Virus record (IMG/VR): IMGVR_UViG_3300032327_000348
Span: 1 to 64,000 of that record
Length of the DNA stretch: 64,000 nucleotides
Reading direction: 5' to 3' (one strand)
Source of the DNA: a virus
Lineage: Duplodnaviria > Caudoviricetes
Position 1 is the stretch's first letter, and every line of letters begins with the position of its first letter. The notes beneath the pieces are model-generated. The model did no database searches, was not told the DNA's origin, and worked only from the letters and a program-made list of their open reading frames with translations. The position numbers were made by a program, and so were the translations under genes. Positions 40,294-49,464 of this stretch are shown one piece after another.

Positions 40294-40359
40294 GCTGATG
40301 CTCCCTAAAGCGTTAGAGTAGTTGGGAACGCCAATTCCGCGAACTACACTTTTATTTAT
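40282..40359 (-). promoter_or_regulatory. Late promoter plus structured leader of GIY-YIG gene (copy 2)
   Basis: ATAAATAAAAGT-GTAGTT..GGAA/TTCC..AACTAC-TCTAACGCT..GGGAGCATCAGC-ATGACTATTTAT. Confidence 0.75.
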
Positions 40360-41275
40360 CATCATTTAACATTTTCTCTAACTCTGCCATAGTAGCAGTA
40401 ATAACATTACCCGACGGATCTCTTAGAGTCATTTTAGTACTACCGTCGAAGCAACCAATCTCTCGATTGAAACGATCCTCACCAAGTTGAGCCTTCATCT
40501 CTTTAGCCCATTGGTCGTCACGGCCAGGTTGTTCATTCCAGTATGCTCTATAAGAACGGAATCCATTAACACCTAGTTCAGTTGTATTACCAAACTCATC
40601 TTCTGTCTTATTAGCACCTTTCCAGATCAATGCGAACTGATCCTCATCACTGTTTGGTGTGCTTGTGATAATAGCTTTACCACCAGTTGACAATGTAGGA
40701 GTAATAGCTGTCCAGAATTCTTTAGCGATACTTGGCCTAACGAACGCAAACTCGTCCAGATACAATAGTGTAATAGACATACCACGACCTGTGTTTTCAG
40801 TAGTTGTCGCACTAACAATACGACTACCGTTTTCAAAGTCTAGTGAACCTTTGTTATATGTCGTAACACCTGCTTTAATATAATCGGGACAGTTTTCATA
40901 TGCATATCGTATTCGTTGCATAATCTCCTGAGCACCTGTATACTTGTGTGCCGCAACTAAGATAGTACTGTCTGGTACAAACATGGCGTACCATAGCAAG
41001 TATCCGGCGGCTGACGTTGACTTACCTGATTGTCGAGGCATCAAACTAATAGAGAAACGATAATTGTGATATGTTTCAATCAATCGTTGTTGATAGGGCC
41101 AAGGATGATAAACCATACTACCCTTTGTAGGATGTTGTATCATAAAGAAGTTATCCATAAAGTATAGATAACCTGTATCCGGGTCACAGCATTTGATAAA
41201 ATCCTGTAGTTCTTTATCAGTTTTGAAAACTGTTTTAGTATAGGGATTTTTTACTAGTGATGGTGCATTACTCAT
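40352..41275 (-). CDS. terL: Terminase large subunit N-terminal (ATPase) half ending in split-intein IntN
   Basis: PRQSGKS Walker A, YLDEFAF Walker B, ITSTPN; ...RFNREIG|CFDGSTKM... Confidence 0.92.
   Translation of the reverse strand: MSNAPSLVKNPYTKTVFKTDKELQDFIKCCDPDTGYLYFMDNFFMIQHPTKGSMVYHPWPYQQRLIETYHNYRFSISLMPRQSGKSTSAAGYLLWYAMFVPDSTILVAAHKYTGAQEIMQRIRYAYENCPDYIKAGVTTYNKGSLDFENGSRIVSATTTENTGRGMSITLLYLDEFAFVRPSIAKEFWTAITPTLSTGGKAIITSTPNSDEDQFALIWKGANKTEDEFGNTTELGVNGFRSYRAYWNEQPGRDDQWAKEMKAQLGEDRFNREIGCFDGSTKMTLRDPSGNVITATMAELEKMLNDDK
40355..40453 (-). other. Split intein, N-terminal fragment (33 aa)
   Basis: Block A CFDGSTKMTLRD, then TMAELEK and stop. Confidence 0.85.
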
Positions 41276-41314
41276 AGTGAGTATTTAGTTTGGGTGGTGT
41301 TCCCAAACTAATAT

Positions 41315-42631
41315 TTATGCGCTATAATATACACCAAATTCAGTGGCTTTAACTGTAACATAGGAATTGCCGGCAGATGGAGCAGTAGTAACCTCAACAT
41401 AAATGCGGCTGGTTCCTGGATACCGTCCAGCAGTGTAACTACCTGGTGCAATTGAGTTGGTTGTAAGACTTTGACCAGTCACTACTAAATTTGGTTGATT
41501 GGCTATATTACTATCTTTAGTAACCAACAATTTAGTTATTTCAGTATAGGTATCATTGTTACCATCGTATTGAATAATTACTGTTAAATCAGTGGCAATA
41601 ACACTGTCATCAGTAGTCAAATAAATTATTTTCGGCGAATTTGCTTCTGCAATAATTTGTCCTGTTCCAGGAACAATATCTAATACGACACCGTCAATAC
41701 TTGTTCGTATTTGAGAGCCCGGGAAAGTTACTGCACCGGTGTTATCAAATACTAAATGTTTATAGTCAGCCGGGTCATTGGCACTAAAATTAGTTGTTAG
41801 AGTAAGTTGAGTATCTCCTATAATTTCACTTGAGGCAGCATGAATAATAACACTATTCCCACTATCACTCTTAAAGTTGAAATAATCAGTCCAGGCCGCA
41901 TAATCAGTAAGAGCACCGTTTGAAAATCTTGAAACAATGGCAGGATCATATCCTCCCTGTATAAATGTTATAGGATCACCTACCGGATAATAAGTGTGAT
42001 TGTTAGGGTCATTTGGGAACGTTAGAGTACCATCATCGCCAAAAGTCCAAACATTAGCATTGCCGGCTACACTCAGATTAATATTGCCATTTTCAGCAAG
42101 CGTTAGAGTAGTATTACCGGATATCAAGTTTGCTTGTAATCCTGTAGCACCGTTGACTTCTAAAATTCCGTCATTAACTGTAATTTCAGCAGTATTAGCA
42201 GTATTAGCACTGTCAGTAATATAGATAGTACCAGGACCTAACCACAAGTTCGCCCAACGATGCGTTTCGTCACCTAAAAAGTATGTGTTATCTGCTACAG
42301 GTATTACATTGGCAGTTGTAAATGTGTTATTAGCAAATGACAGATTTGCTGAAGCACCAAATAGATTACCACCAGCATTAAGTTGAATTGCACCAACTGC
42401 ACCAGCAGGTTCACTATTTCCAGAACCTCCTCCGGTATTGATTAGTTGTAGATTTCCGTTAGTATCACCGATATAGATATCGTTGTTATTAAGATTAACT
42501 ACTATTTCACCAGGACGAGCATTACCATCGTAGTTACTGATAGTCTCTTCCTGATTGTCTTTCATTATTGTTCTGGTAATACCAGTAATGTTTGCGTACG
42601 GTGGAGGTGGATTAGCCATAAAAATACTCAC
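41315..42631 (-). CDS. Virion fibre / structural protein
   Basis: GAIQLNAGG, YFLGDETHRWANLW, WTFGDDGTLTFP motifs of fibre proteins. Confidence 0.6.
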   Translation of the reverse strand: MSIFMANPPPPYANITGITRTIMKDNQEETISNYDGNARPGEIVVNLNNNDIYIGDTNGNLQLINTGGGSGNSEPAGAVGAIQLNAGGNLFGASANLSFANNTFTTANVIPVADNTYFLGDETHRWANLWLGPGTIYITDSANTANTAEITVNDGILEVNGATGLQANLISGNTTLTLAENGNINLSVAGNANVWTFGDDGTLTFPNDPNNHTYYPVGDPITFIQGGYDPAIVSRFSNGALTDYAAWTDYFNFKSDSGNSVIIHAASSEIIGDTQLTLTTNFSANDPADYKHLVFDNTGAVTFPGSQIRTSIDGVVLDIVPGTGQIIAEANSPKIIYLTTDDSVIATDLTVIIQYDGNNDTYTEITKLLVTKDSNIANQPNLVVTGQSLTTNSIAPGSYTAGRYPGTSRIYVEVTTAPSAGNSYVTVKATEFGVYYSA

Positions 42632-42663
42632 TTGTTAGTGAGTATTTATCAAAGTTTTTAAAT

Positions 42664-43356
42664 TTATTTAATGTCTAACGGACGCTGTTTTGTAGCCAGT
42701 ATACAATAGTACTTTTCACTTGTTGTTACCATTTCATTATCTGTACCACTTGGGGTTTGAATATTAAACTCTAATACATTAAAGTAATTGATATCAAAGC
42801 CACATCGTGTCAACAATGCAGCCAACTGTTGTTCACCTAATATACTATAGTGATTCAAATTCCATTCATGCTTGCGGTCGCAGTTTGGAGCAGGAACTTC
42901 AATATAAATTTTGGCATTTTGTTTCAATACACGATTATATTCCATTAAACTAAAGATAGGATATGGACTATGTTCTAGTGCATGACGCAAGAAAATAAAA
43001 TCAATACTTTCGTCAAAGTAACCATCTTTTTGTGGTAGAAAACTTAAATCATACTTTGCAATTTTATGACCCTTTTCTTCACAAATCTTGATATCGCCTG
43101 GGCTTAATGTAACACCAGTAACATCTGTATACTCACGGGTTTTCATCTGGTCCAAGAAATATCCTGGACCACATCCTAAATCTAATATTTTACTATTTTT
43201 GGGTAGTTCAAGTGGGTCTATGTACTTTTCAACAACTTCTTTGGTGAGAGATTCATGCATTGGGCTGTTGCCCTCTTCATATATATGCTCAGTGTATAAC
43301 CATTCGTTGTAGAATTTTAATTTAATTAAGTCTAGGGTGTTGTTAATATCAATCAT
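42664..43356 (-). CDS. Class I SAM-dependent methyltransferase
   Basis: ILDLGCGPG, RHALEH, RVLK...IEVP. Confidence 0.88.
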   Translation of the reverse strand: MIDINNTLDLIKLKFYNEWLYTEHIYEEGNSPMHESLTKEVVEKYIDPLELPKNSKILDLGCGPGYFLDQMKTREYTDVTGVTLSPGDIKICEEKGHKIAKYDLSFLPQKDGYFDESIDFIFLRHALEHSPYPIFSLMEYNRVLKQNAKIYIEVPAPNCDRKHEWNLNHYSILGEQQLAALLTRCGFDINYFNVLEFNIQTPSGTDNEMVTTSEKYYCILATKQRPLDIK

Positions 43357-43408
43357 TGAGATTCCTGTAATTTGATATAATTACTTATTCTCAAAACTGA
43401 CAGTGAAA

Positions 43409-43783
43409 TTATTTTCTCTTGTAACCTTTAAAGGGTTTTACTGTGCTTTGGGTGTTTACACCATCTACTTCTTTACTTTTTAGGTCACCGTGATTTAAGT
43501 CATGCATTTCACTACCTACAGCCTTGTATGCTTGTTTAAGCATTTTGGCTTCTATCTCGGTATAAGGATGAGCAGTATTGTAGCGACCACTATATGTTTC
43601 AGCATCTAGTTCAATTGGATTAACGCCGTCGGCACATGCAGTAGCCATCATAATACGATTAAGTTCATATGTGCGATCATAACCCCCTGGGTCACGGAAT
43701 TTGTGTAGTCCAACTGTTGCATTATTTTGACGTTGTGTTGGATTTGCTATTCTGCGCTCAGTTAAGAATTCATGTGCTCTCAT
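43409..43783 (-). CDS. Late protein, paralog A (MRAHEFLTE)
   Basis: Ends FKGYKRK like its neighbour. Confidence 0.6.
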   Translation of the reverse strand: MRAHEFLTERRIANPTQRQNNATVGLHKFRDPGGYDRTYELNRIMMATACADGVNPIELDAETYSGRYNTAHPYTEIEAKMLKQAYKAVGSEMHDLNHGDLKSKEVDGVNTQSTVKPFKGYKRK

Positions 43784-44175
43784 TTTCTCTTATATCCTTT
43801 AAATCCCTTTAAAGGACTAGTCTTATCTACATCAAGACTTTCTTCACTACTCGGAGTACTAATGAGTGTTTTCCCAACAACCCCTACTTCTCTCATAGCA
43901 TAGTCAATGTCTTTTTCTATATCGCCGTCCATATATGAAGATACGATCATGTTCTCTCCCCACGGAGTCTCTTTATCAAACTTATAAGCCGGTATACCAT
44001 CATTAGTACGTTCAACATGTCCACGTGCACCAGCCATAGCTACACCAAAACGATATTGTTTATAGAAATCATTATTAGGTAATCCTTGAATAGCATAGGT
44101 ACCCGGTATCGCTCGTGATACTTCTTGGCTTAATGCAATTCTTTGAGATTCATTAATAAATTCTTTCGCTCTCAT
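43780..44175 (-). CDS. Late protein, paralog B (MRAKEFINE)
   Basis: Ends FKGYKRK. Confidence 0.6.
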   Translation of the reverse strand: MRAKEFINESQRIALSQEVSRAIPGTYAIQGLPNNDFYKQYRFGVAMAGARGHVERTNDGIPAYKFDKETPWGENMIVSSYMDGDIEKDIDYAMREVGVVGKTLISTPSSEESLDVDKTSPLKGFKGYKRK

Positions 44176-44176
44176 A

Positions 44177-44890
44177 TTATGCGGCTTCAGTTGTAAGGTC
44201 TAGATTATCTTGAGTAGTCATTAGTGAATCATCATATCCATCTAGTTGTATATCCATACCACCTACAGTATCACCTAAGTATGTTATTTGCGCTGAAATA
44301 AAATGTAATAATACTTCATCAACAATTGGATTAACTAATAATCTAACATTCCCATCCAACACATTCATGTCATACCGTGTTAAAGCATTACCAAAAAAGG
44401 TAGTGCCGTATCCAGTAAACTTTACATTATTACTGTCATTTGATAGTTGTGCGGTTATTGTAATTTCTTGGCTATCAGGAGTACCGGTGTCACTGGATCT
44501 AATTTGAAAACTTGCTTGAGTGAATGTATTTGCAGGTGTTTCAAAAATAACTTGCTCAGGTGTATTACCTATTGAATATACTGTGTATGTAGTTGTACCA
44601 ACATAAAATAAATTGCTAAAGTTATTATTAATCTTTTCAAACGCAACTCGTAATGGATCACCTTGTCCATCGTTGGGTGTAGCACCTACATTGATGTATT
44701 CTTGGTTATTATAGGGACCGAGTGGCTGCTCAAAGGTTAACATTTTTGCAGTAGGGTCGGTCAATTCAACGTTTGTAGCGGGGACTATCGCAACCGAGTT
44801 TGCAAAATTGTTAGTAAACAATGATTGTTGTAACGGATCAATAGAACTGTTACTGGGTACTAAACCCGTATCAATAACTTCTTGTGTCAT
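44177..44890 (-). CDS. Baseplate/fibre-associated structural protein
   Basis: INVGATPNDGQGDPLRVAFEKINNNF, T4 gp9/gp10 N-terminal-like motif. Confidence 0.65.
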   Translation of the reverse strand: MTQEVIDTGLVPSNSSIDPLQQSLFTNNFANSVAIVPATNVELTDPTAKMLTFEQPLGPYNNQEYINVGATPNDGQGDPLRVAFEKINNNFSNLFYVGTTTYTVYSIGNTPEQVIFETPANTFTQASFQIRSSDTGTPDSQEITITAQLSNDSNNVKFTGYGTTFFGNALTRYDMNVLDGNVRLLVNPIVDEVLLHFISAQITYLGDTVGGMDIQLDGYDDSLMTTQDNLDLTTEAA

Positions 44891-44917
44891 TATAATTCCT
44901 AGACTATAATGTATTTA

Positions 44918-45178
44918 TCAGAAGCCTAGCCAATTCTTCTTTGGTGGTTCAATGATGATGGGATTTTTACTACGTTGTATCTCTTGTAATGCTCTTATTG
45001 CTTCTAATTTAATTTGATTATCTGAACTTTTTGTCATTTCAACTAATATTGAAATACGTGCGGCTTCACTTACAGTAGCATCTCTACTTATTGATTTTTG
45101 TGCGTCTAGGTACAACTCAAAATCTTTGTTGGTAGCGCAACCAACTAATAACATACTCAATAATATTAAATATTTCAT
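44918..45178 (-). CDS. Lipoprotein
   Basis: Lipobox LVGC. Confidence 0.7.
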   Translation of the reverse strand: MKYLILLSMLLVGCATNKDFELYLDAQKSISRDATVSEAARISILVEMTKSSDNQIKLEAIRALQEIQRSKNPIIIEPPKKNWLGF

Positions 45179-45187
45179 AATATACTA

Positions 45188-45448
45188 TTATTTTACACTA
45201 TCAAATATCTTTTTCTGTTCATTATACCAATCTTGCCATCCATCTACCTTAGTAGAACATTCGTGGTATAGTGAATAATTATAAACAATGACCTTGAGCA
45301 TATCGGTTATAGCCACTTTATCACCTTCAATCTTTTTAAGACTTTCGCAACTTTTCATTAGTTCCGGAGTTGCATTAGGAAATTTTTGAGTTACTGGTAC
45401 TGTCGTACTGCATCCTGCTAGTAATAAAGCAATTAATACATATTTCAT
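45188..45448 (-). CDS. Outer-membrane spanin (Rz1-like lipoprotein)
   Basis: Lipobox LAGC, P..LMKSC...NY..YHEC; overlaps i-spanin. Confidence 0.7.
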   Translation of the reverse strand: MKYVLIALLLAGCSTTVPVTQKFPNATPELMKSCESLKKIEGDKVAITDMLKVIVYNYSLYHECSTKVDGWQDWYNEQKKIFDSVK

Positions 45449-45903
45449 TTTGTTGCCGCCTTATTTAATTCAGTAGCCTGATTGTGCAAATCTATAATTT
45501 CTTTAGGCACTGGACAGTTTTCGATATATTTGACAATTTCTTGATTCTTAATTACTTCTCTATCAACATATTGTATAATGTTTTTGCTCTTTTCACGTAT
45601 AACTTTGGTCTTTTCAACAATTTTTTCTTGTATTTCTACATTTTTATTAGCCGATTTTGCTTCAGCTTGTGCTACCTTAGCTTCCATCTCTTTGACTCTA
45701 AGTTCCCACTCTTTGTAGTCTGCCAAACCTCCCTCAAGATATACACCTAAGACTAAAACTAACAGGCTTATGACCTGAATAGATAGTTTATAAGTTTTAA
45801 CAAAAGGAATGAATCCTAGGACGAATCCTGCGATTGTGCCCAAAATACCTAATCCAAAGATTATATGTATTGCGGCGTCGGGTAGTATTGATAGAATAAA
45901 CAT
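45445..45903 (-). CDS. Inner-membrane spanin (Rz-like)
   Basis: N-terminal TM helices, coiled coil, C-terminal CPVP. Confidence 0.7.
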   Translation of the reverse strand: MFILSILPDAAIHIIFGLGILGTIAGFVLGFIPFVKTYKLSIQVISLLVLVLGVYLEGGLADYKEWELRVKEMEAKVAQAEAKSANKNVEIQEKIVEKTKVIREKSKNIIQYVDREVIKNQEIVKYIENCPVPKEIIDLHNQATELNKAATK

Positions 45904-45922
45904 AATACCCTTATTTATGCTT

Positions 45923-46996
45923 TTAATAGAATGATTTTACTTTATCTGCTATATATTGAACTTCGTTATCCGTCAATTCTGGATATATGGGAAGACTTAT
46001 TACACCCCTAGAAAGCATTACACTAGTGCTCAACATGTCAGGCTTTGATAAATTGTTAGTTGTAGGTAGATCACCTAATACATACTCATAATGAATCTTA
46101 CTGTCAATTCCGTCTGACAATAAATGTGTGTGCAAAGAATTTCTGTCAGGTAAATACATCACAAACTTTTGATGTGCGTGAGGGTCTGTTGTATCACTTA
46201 AACAAGTTAACGGTAGTTCTCTAAATTTGTCACACCAATACTTTGCTATCTCACCTCTACGCTTTTGCCATTCATCTATATACTTTGCTCTAACAAGAAT
46301 CTGAGCACAATCCTGCTCACTCATCTTACTATTAGTTCCTACGTCATGGAATGCAGGCTTGTTGTTATCTTTGTATGTTGCGGCGTATAGATATAGTTGT
46401 TCGTCGTTTGTGACAATGGCACCGCCGTTACCTGAACTAGGTAGATTCTTTGTAGGGTCAAAACTGATTGACATTCCACTACCTACCTCACCGTCACAAA
46501 CTAACCAGTGTTGTGCTCCATCTACGATTATTGCAGTTGCACTAGCATATCCTGCAATAGGCCAGGGTTTGCGACCACCATATCCCATAACACAAGTATA
46601 TCCTTTAAGGCTATTCTCTACGTCAATAATACCGTTCTTATCTGTATCAACTAAATCTACATCCCATCCTGCAGTCAGTAATGAGTTTAATGTTGCTGGA
46701 TAAGTTAAGTTAGGAATACAAATCTTAGGATTATTTTTAAATGTCTCTAAGTGTTTCTTTTTCTTGTATCTTGCAATAATCTCAAGTGCTTGTGTACCAC
46801 TATGAACTGTTACAGCATATTGTGTTTTAGTACGATGCTTTAGCCATTCTTCAAACGAGCGGGTATAATGTCCACCCACAAGCTGACCATCTTTAAGGGC
46901 ACGGTGAGTTGCGTCTAGTAACTCTTCACCAATGTTCTTATACTGTCTTGCTAATCCAAAATGGGGAACTTGACAACCAGGCATAATATCTTTCAA
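45923..46996 (-). CDS. DegT/DnrJ/EryC1/StrS sugar aminotransferase
   Basis: SGTQAL, DGAQ, SFDPTKNL (PLP Lys), SLPIYP. Confidence 0.9.
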   Translation of the reverse strand: MKDIMPGCQVPHFGLARQYKNIGEELLDATHRALKDGQLVGGHYTRSFEEWLKHRTKTQYAVTVHSGTQALEIIARYKKKKHLETFKNNPKICIPNLTYPATLNSLLTAGWDVDLVDTDKNGIIDVENSLKGYTCVMGYGGRKPWPIAGYASATAIIVDGAQHWLVCDGEVGSGMSISFDPTKNLPSSGNGGAIVTNDEQLYLYAATYKDNNKPAFHDVGTNSKMSEQDCAQILVRAKYIDEWQKRRGEIAKYWCDKFRELPLTCLSDTTDPHAHQKFVMYLPDRNSLHTHLLSDGIDSKIHYEYVLGDLPTTNNLSKPDMLSTSVMLSRGVISLPIYPELTDNEVQYIADKVKSFY

Positions 46997-47906
46997 ATCC
47001 TTCTTCTACGTCTACTTTAGGATCATACCCAAAATCTCTACGTGCGGCATCAATGTTCAATGCGCCTCGACTAGGAAAGTCTATATCTTTATCTTTAACT
47101 TCAATGGAACCTTTACCTGCAATCTTAACTGCTAGATTTGCAGCGTCTAACAAACTACGACTATGGCTCTTTGTAATATTATATGTCTTGTTGATTGTAT
47201 TAGGACTTAATCCGGCAGCAACAATACCATCTGCAGTATCCTGTACGTATGTGAAGTCTAGTGTTTCACTAGCACCATTAACATTTAATGTTCCTCCGCG
47301 CATTGCTGTAAGCATAAACTTAGCAATAACTCTATCTTCTATATCAAGTGGACCATATACTGCACTAGGGCGGATAATAGTGTAACTAAAACAATTACGA
47401 CGGCTGTAGTCTTTGACAAGGTGTTCTCCTGCTAATTTCATAATTCCATATTGACCCAGTGGCTTACAATCATAATCTTCTGTTACATTATCAGTGAAGT
47501 CACCATATACCATTGAACTGCTAATATATAAAAACTTAGATACATTATGTTTCTTTGCAGACTCACATAGATTCAGTAGTCCCTCCATCATTGTTCTTGC
47601 ACCGATTGCAGGGTTAGCATTAACAACTTTTTGACGAGGGAAACTAGCCATATGAATAATAATTGCGGGCTGATGTTTTTGTATCAACCAATCAATACTA
47701 TCACTACTGCTTATGTCAATGTTGTATATTTGTTCTGTTTTAATTTTCTTAAGACGTTCGGTCATTAGATAATCAATTTCATCTTGTGGAATAATTCCAT
47801 AATTAGTGCGAGTATCAGTAATGACAACATCGTGTCCCAATGATTCTAATTTACTAACTACATGATGTCCAATAAGCCCAAGTCCACCGGTTATTAAAAT
47901 TTTCAT
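46938..47906 (-). CDS. NAD-dependent sugar epimerase/dehydratase
   Basis: TGGLGLIG, SSSMVYG, YGIMK, DFTYV. Confidence 0.9.
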   Translation of the reverse strand: MKILITGGLGLIGHHVVSKLESLGHDVVITDTRTNYGIIPQDEIDYLMTERLKKIKTEQIYNIDISSSDSIDWLIQKHQPAIIIHMASFPRQKVVNANPAIGARTMMEGLLNLCESAKKHNVSKFLYISSSMVYGDFTDNVTEDYDCKPLGQYGIMKLAGEHLVKDYSRRNCFSYTIIRPSAVYGPLDIEDRVIAKFMLTAMRGGTLNVNGASETLDFTYVQDTADGIVAAGLSPNTINKTYNITKSHSRSLLDAANLAVKIAGKGSIEVKDKDIDFPSRGALNIDAARRDFGYDPKVDVEEGFERYYAWLSSSPFWISKTV

Positions 47907-48235
47907 TCGTATTTTAACTTCCAAAATGTTAATTGCTTATGTGTTAGATATGCTCTAATCTGATAAGTGTATCCATAATTGTACATATCATGATTACGAT
48001 GCCAACTAGGAGCAGGTAGAGAATTTTCCATTATCCACTTACCCGCTTCTGTTTGTTGCCACTCATATATAGGGTGTGCTACAAACAAGTCAGGATCTTC
48101 ACAATCACTAATTTTAATAGTGTGAACTACATGAGTAATAGATACCATTTCTTCCCCACTATCAGACAGTCGTATCTGATACTTAGGTCTAGTGAATTCA
48201 TCGTTAGACTGCCATTGTTGCTTTAATAGGGCCAT
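47903..48235 (-). CDS. Hypothetical protein
   Basis: EDPDL...WQQTEAGKWIME...FWKLKYE. Confidence 0.55.
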   Translation of the reverse strand: MALLKQQWQSNDEFTRPKYQIRLSDSGEEMVSITHVVHTIKISDCEDPDLFVAHPIYEWQQTEAGKWIMENSLPAPSWHRNHDMYNYGYTYQIRAYLTHKQLTFWKLKYE

Positions 48236-49109
48236 GACTTTGATAGTTTTCTAAATGAATATCTTGCATTGTCATTTCAAAGATGTTATTCTTTTGTATG
48301 TTTAACATCAATGTAGGCAATGGATATGTTTCACGTGTTAGTTGTTCTTTTACCTGTTCAATATGAGTTTTATAGATGTGAGTATCTCCTGTACTGATTA
48401 CAAGTTCTCCTACTTTCAAATCACAGTGATGTGCCAATAGATGTGTAAGTAATGCGTAACTAGCAATATTGAAGGGGAGGCCTAAAAAAACATCCACTGA
48501 TCTTTGATACATATGGCAAGATAGTTCACGATTTTTGTTGACATAGAATTGACTCATAACGTGACAAGGGGGCAAGGCCATTTCGTCTAACTCGCTCACG
48601 TTCCAGGCACTTAGAATGTGTCTGCGCCCATTAGGATCTTCAATTAATCCTTTAATGAGATTTGCCAATTGGTCGACTTCCGTCCTATCCACTGCGAGGC
48701 GTGTGCCGCCTTTGTGTGCCGGGCCCATGTCTTTTTCAACTGTGTCTTTGTTCCAATGACGCCACTGTACGCCGTAGATACGGCCAAGATCACCTTCGAA
48801 TTTTGCTTTGTGCTTCCAATACGGTGCTTCCGCATTTGGTGTCCAGATAGTAGTCTTTCCTTCCGTATTACCCTCACCGTGGGTAAGTTCTGCCAGTCTA
48901 CGGTCATCACTAGAGCCTTCAATAAACCAAAGAAGCTCACCGACGCAAGATTTCCATGCAAGTTTTTTAGTAGTGACTGCGGGAAAGCCCCTACGCAAAT
49001 CAAAGCGAATATGACGTCCAAAAACACTAATGGTGCCCACACCAGTTCTGTCATCTTTAATTTCCCCGTTATCTAGTATATCTTGTAATAATTCTTTGTA
49101 TTGTTTCAT
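48204..49109 (-). CDS. thyA: Thymidylate synthase
   Basis: DRTGVGT, ALPPCH, YQRSVDVFLGLPFN, GDTHIY. Confidence 0.95.
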   Translation of the reverse strand: MKQYKELLQDILDNGEIKDDRTGVGTISVFGRHIRFDLRRGFPAVTTKKLAWKSCVGELLWFIEGSSDDRRLAELTHGEGNTEGKTTIWTPNAEAPYWKHKAKFEGDLGRIYGVQWRHWNKDTVEKDMGPAHKGGTRLAVDRTEVDQLANLIKGLIEDPNGRRHILSAWNVSELDEMALPPCHVMSQFYVNKNRELSCHMYQRSVDVFLGLPFNIASYALLTHLLAHHCDLKVGELVISTGDTHIYKTHIEQVKEQLTRETYPLPTLMLNIQKNNIFEMTMQDIHLENYQSHGPIKATMAV

Positions 49110-49130
49110 AATATATTATAGCATATTAAT

Positions 49131-49157
49131 AAAAAAAGCCCTGATTAATCAGGGCTT
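49131..49157 (-). terminator. Intrinsic terminator
   Basis: AAGCCCTGAT/ATCAGGGCTT palindrome plus U-tract. Confidence 0.7.
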
Positions 49158-49167
49158 ATTGATAAGA

Positions 49168-49464
49168 TTAAAGTTTGCCCAATAGTCTATCGGTTTCAGG
49201 TTGCACTGCATCTGCAATACTTTGCACATTAAGAACAAATTCAACACTTACTATCATGTCATCCAATTCATCTAATTTACGACTGACGGCATCTTCTATT
49301 TGGTCAGGATCTAGTCCTTGTTGTAGGAATTTTTGAATGTTGATAGTCTGTTGTTTTTTACCTTGAAGTTTAATAATCAACTTCTTAATAAACTCTATAG
49401 GTATCTTATTCTTTTCAACATCTTCAAGGATGTGTTCCCATTTTGAAATAAATTCTGGTGACAT
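49168..49464 (-). CDS. Hypothetical protein
   Basis: Coupled ORF. Confidence 0.6.
   Translation of the reverse strand: MSPEFISKWEHILEDVEKNKIPIEFIKKLIIKLQGKKQQTINIQKFLQQGLDPDQIEDAVSRKLDELDDMIVSVEFVLNVQSIADAVQPETDRLLGKL

Noticed and set aside
39619-40355. Group I intron in terL
   Set aside because: Both flanks carry intein blocks, the genes overlap tightly and no P7-type intron core is visible
48644-49076. Several overlapping alternative ORFs within thyA
   Set aside because: Explained by locally higher GC; no RBS or recognisable motifs
48204-49109. dCMP hydroxymethylase implying modified cytosine
   Set aside because: Retains the dUMP-specifying Asn (GLPFN) of ordinary ThyA
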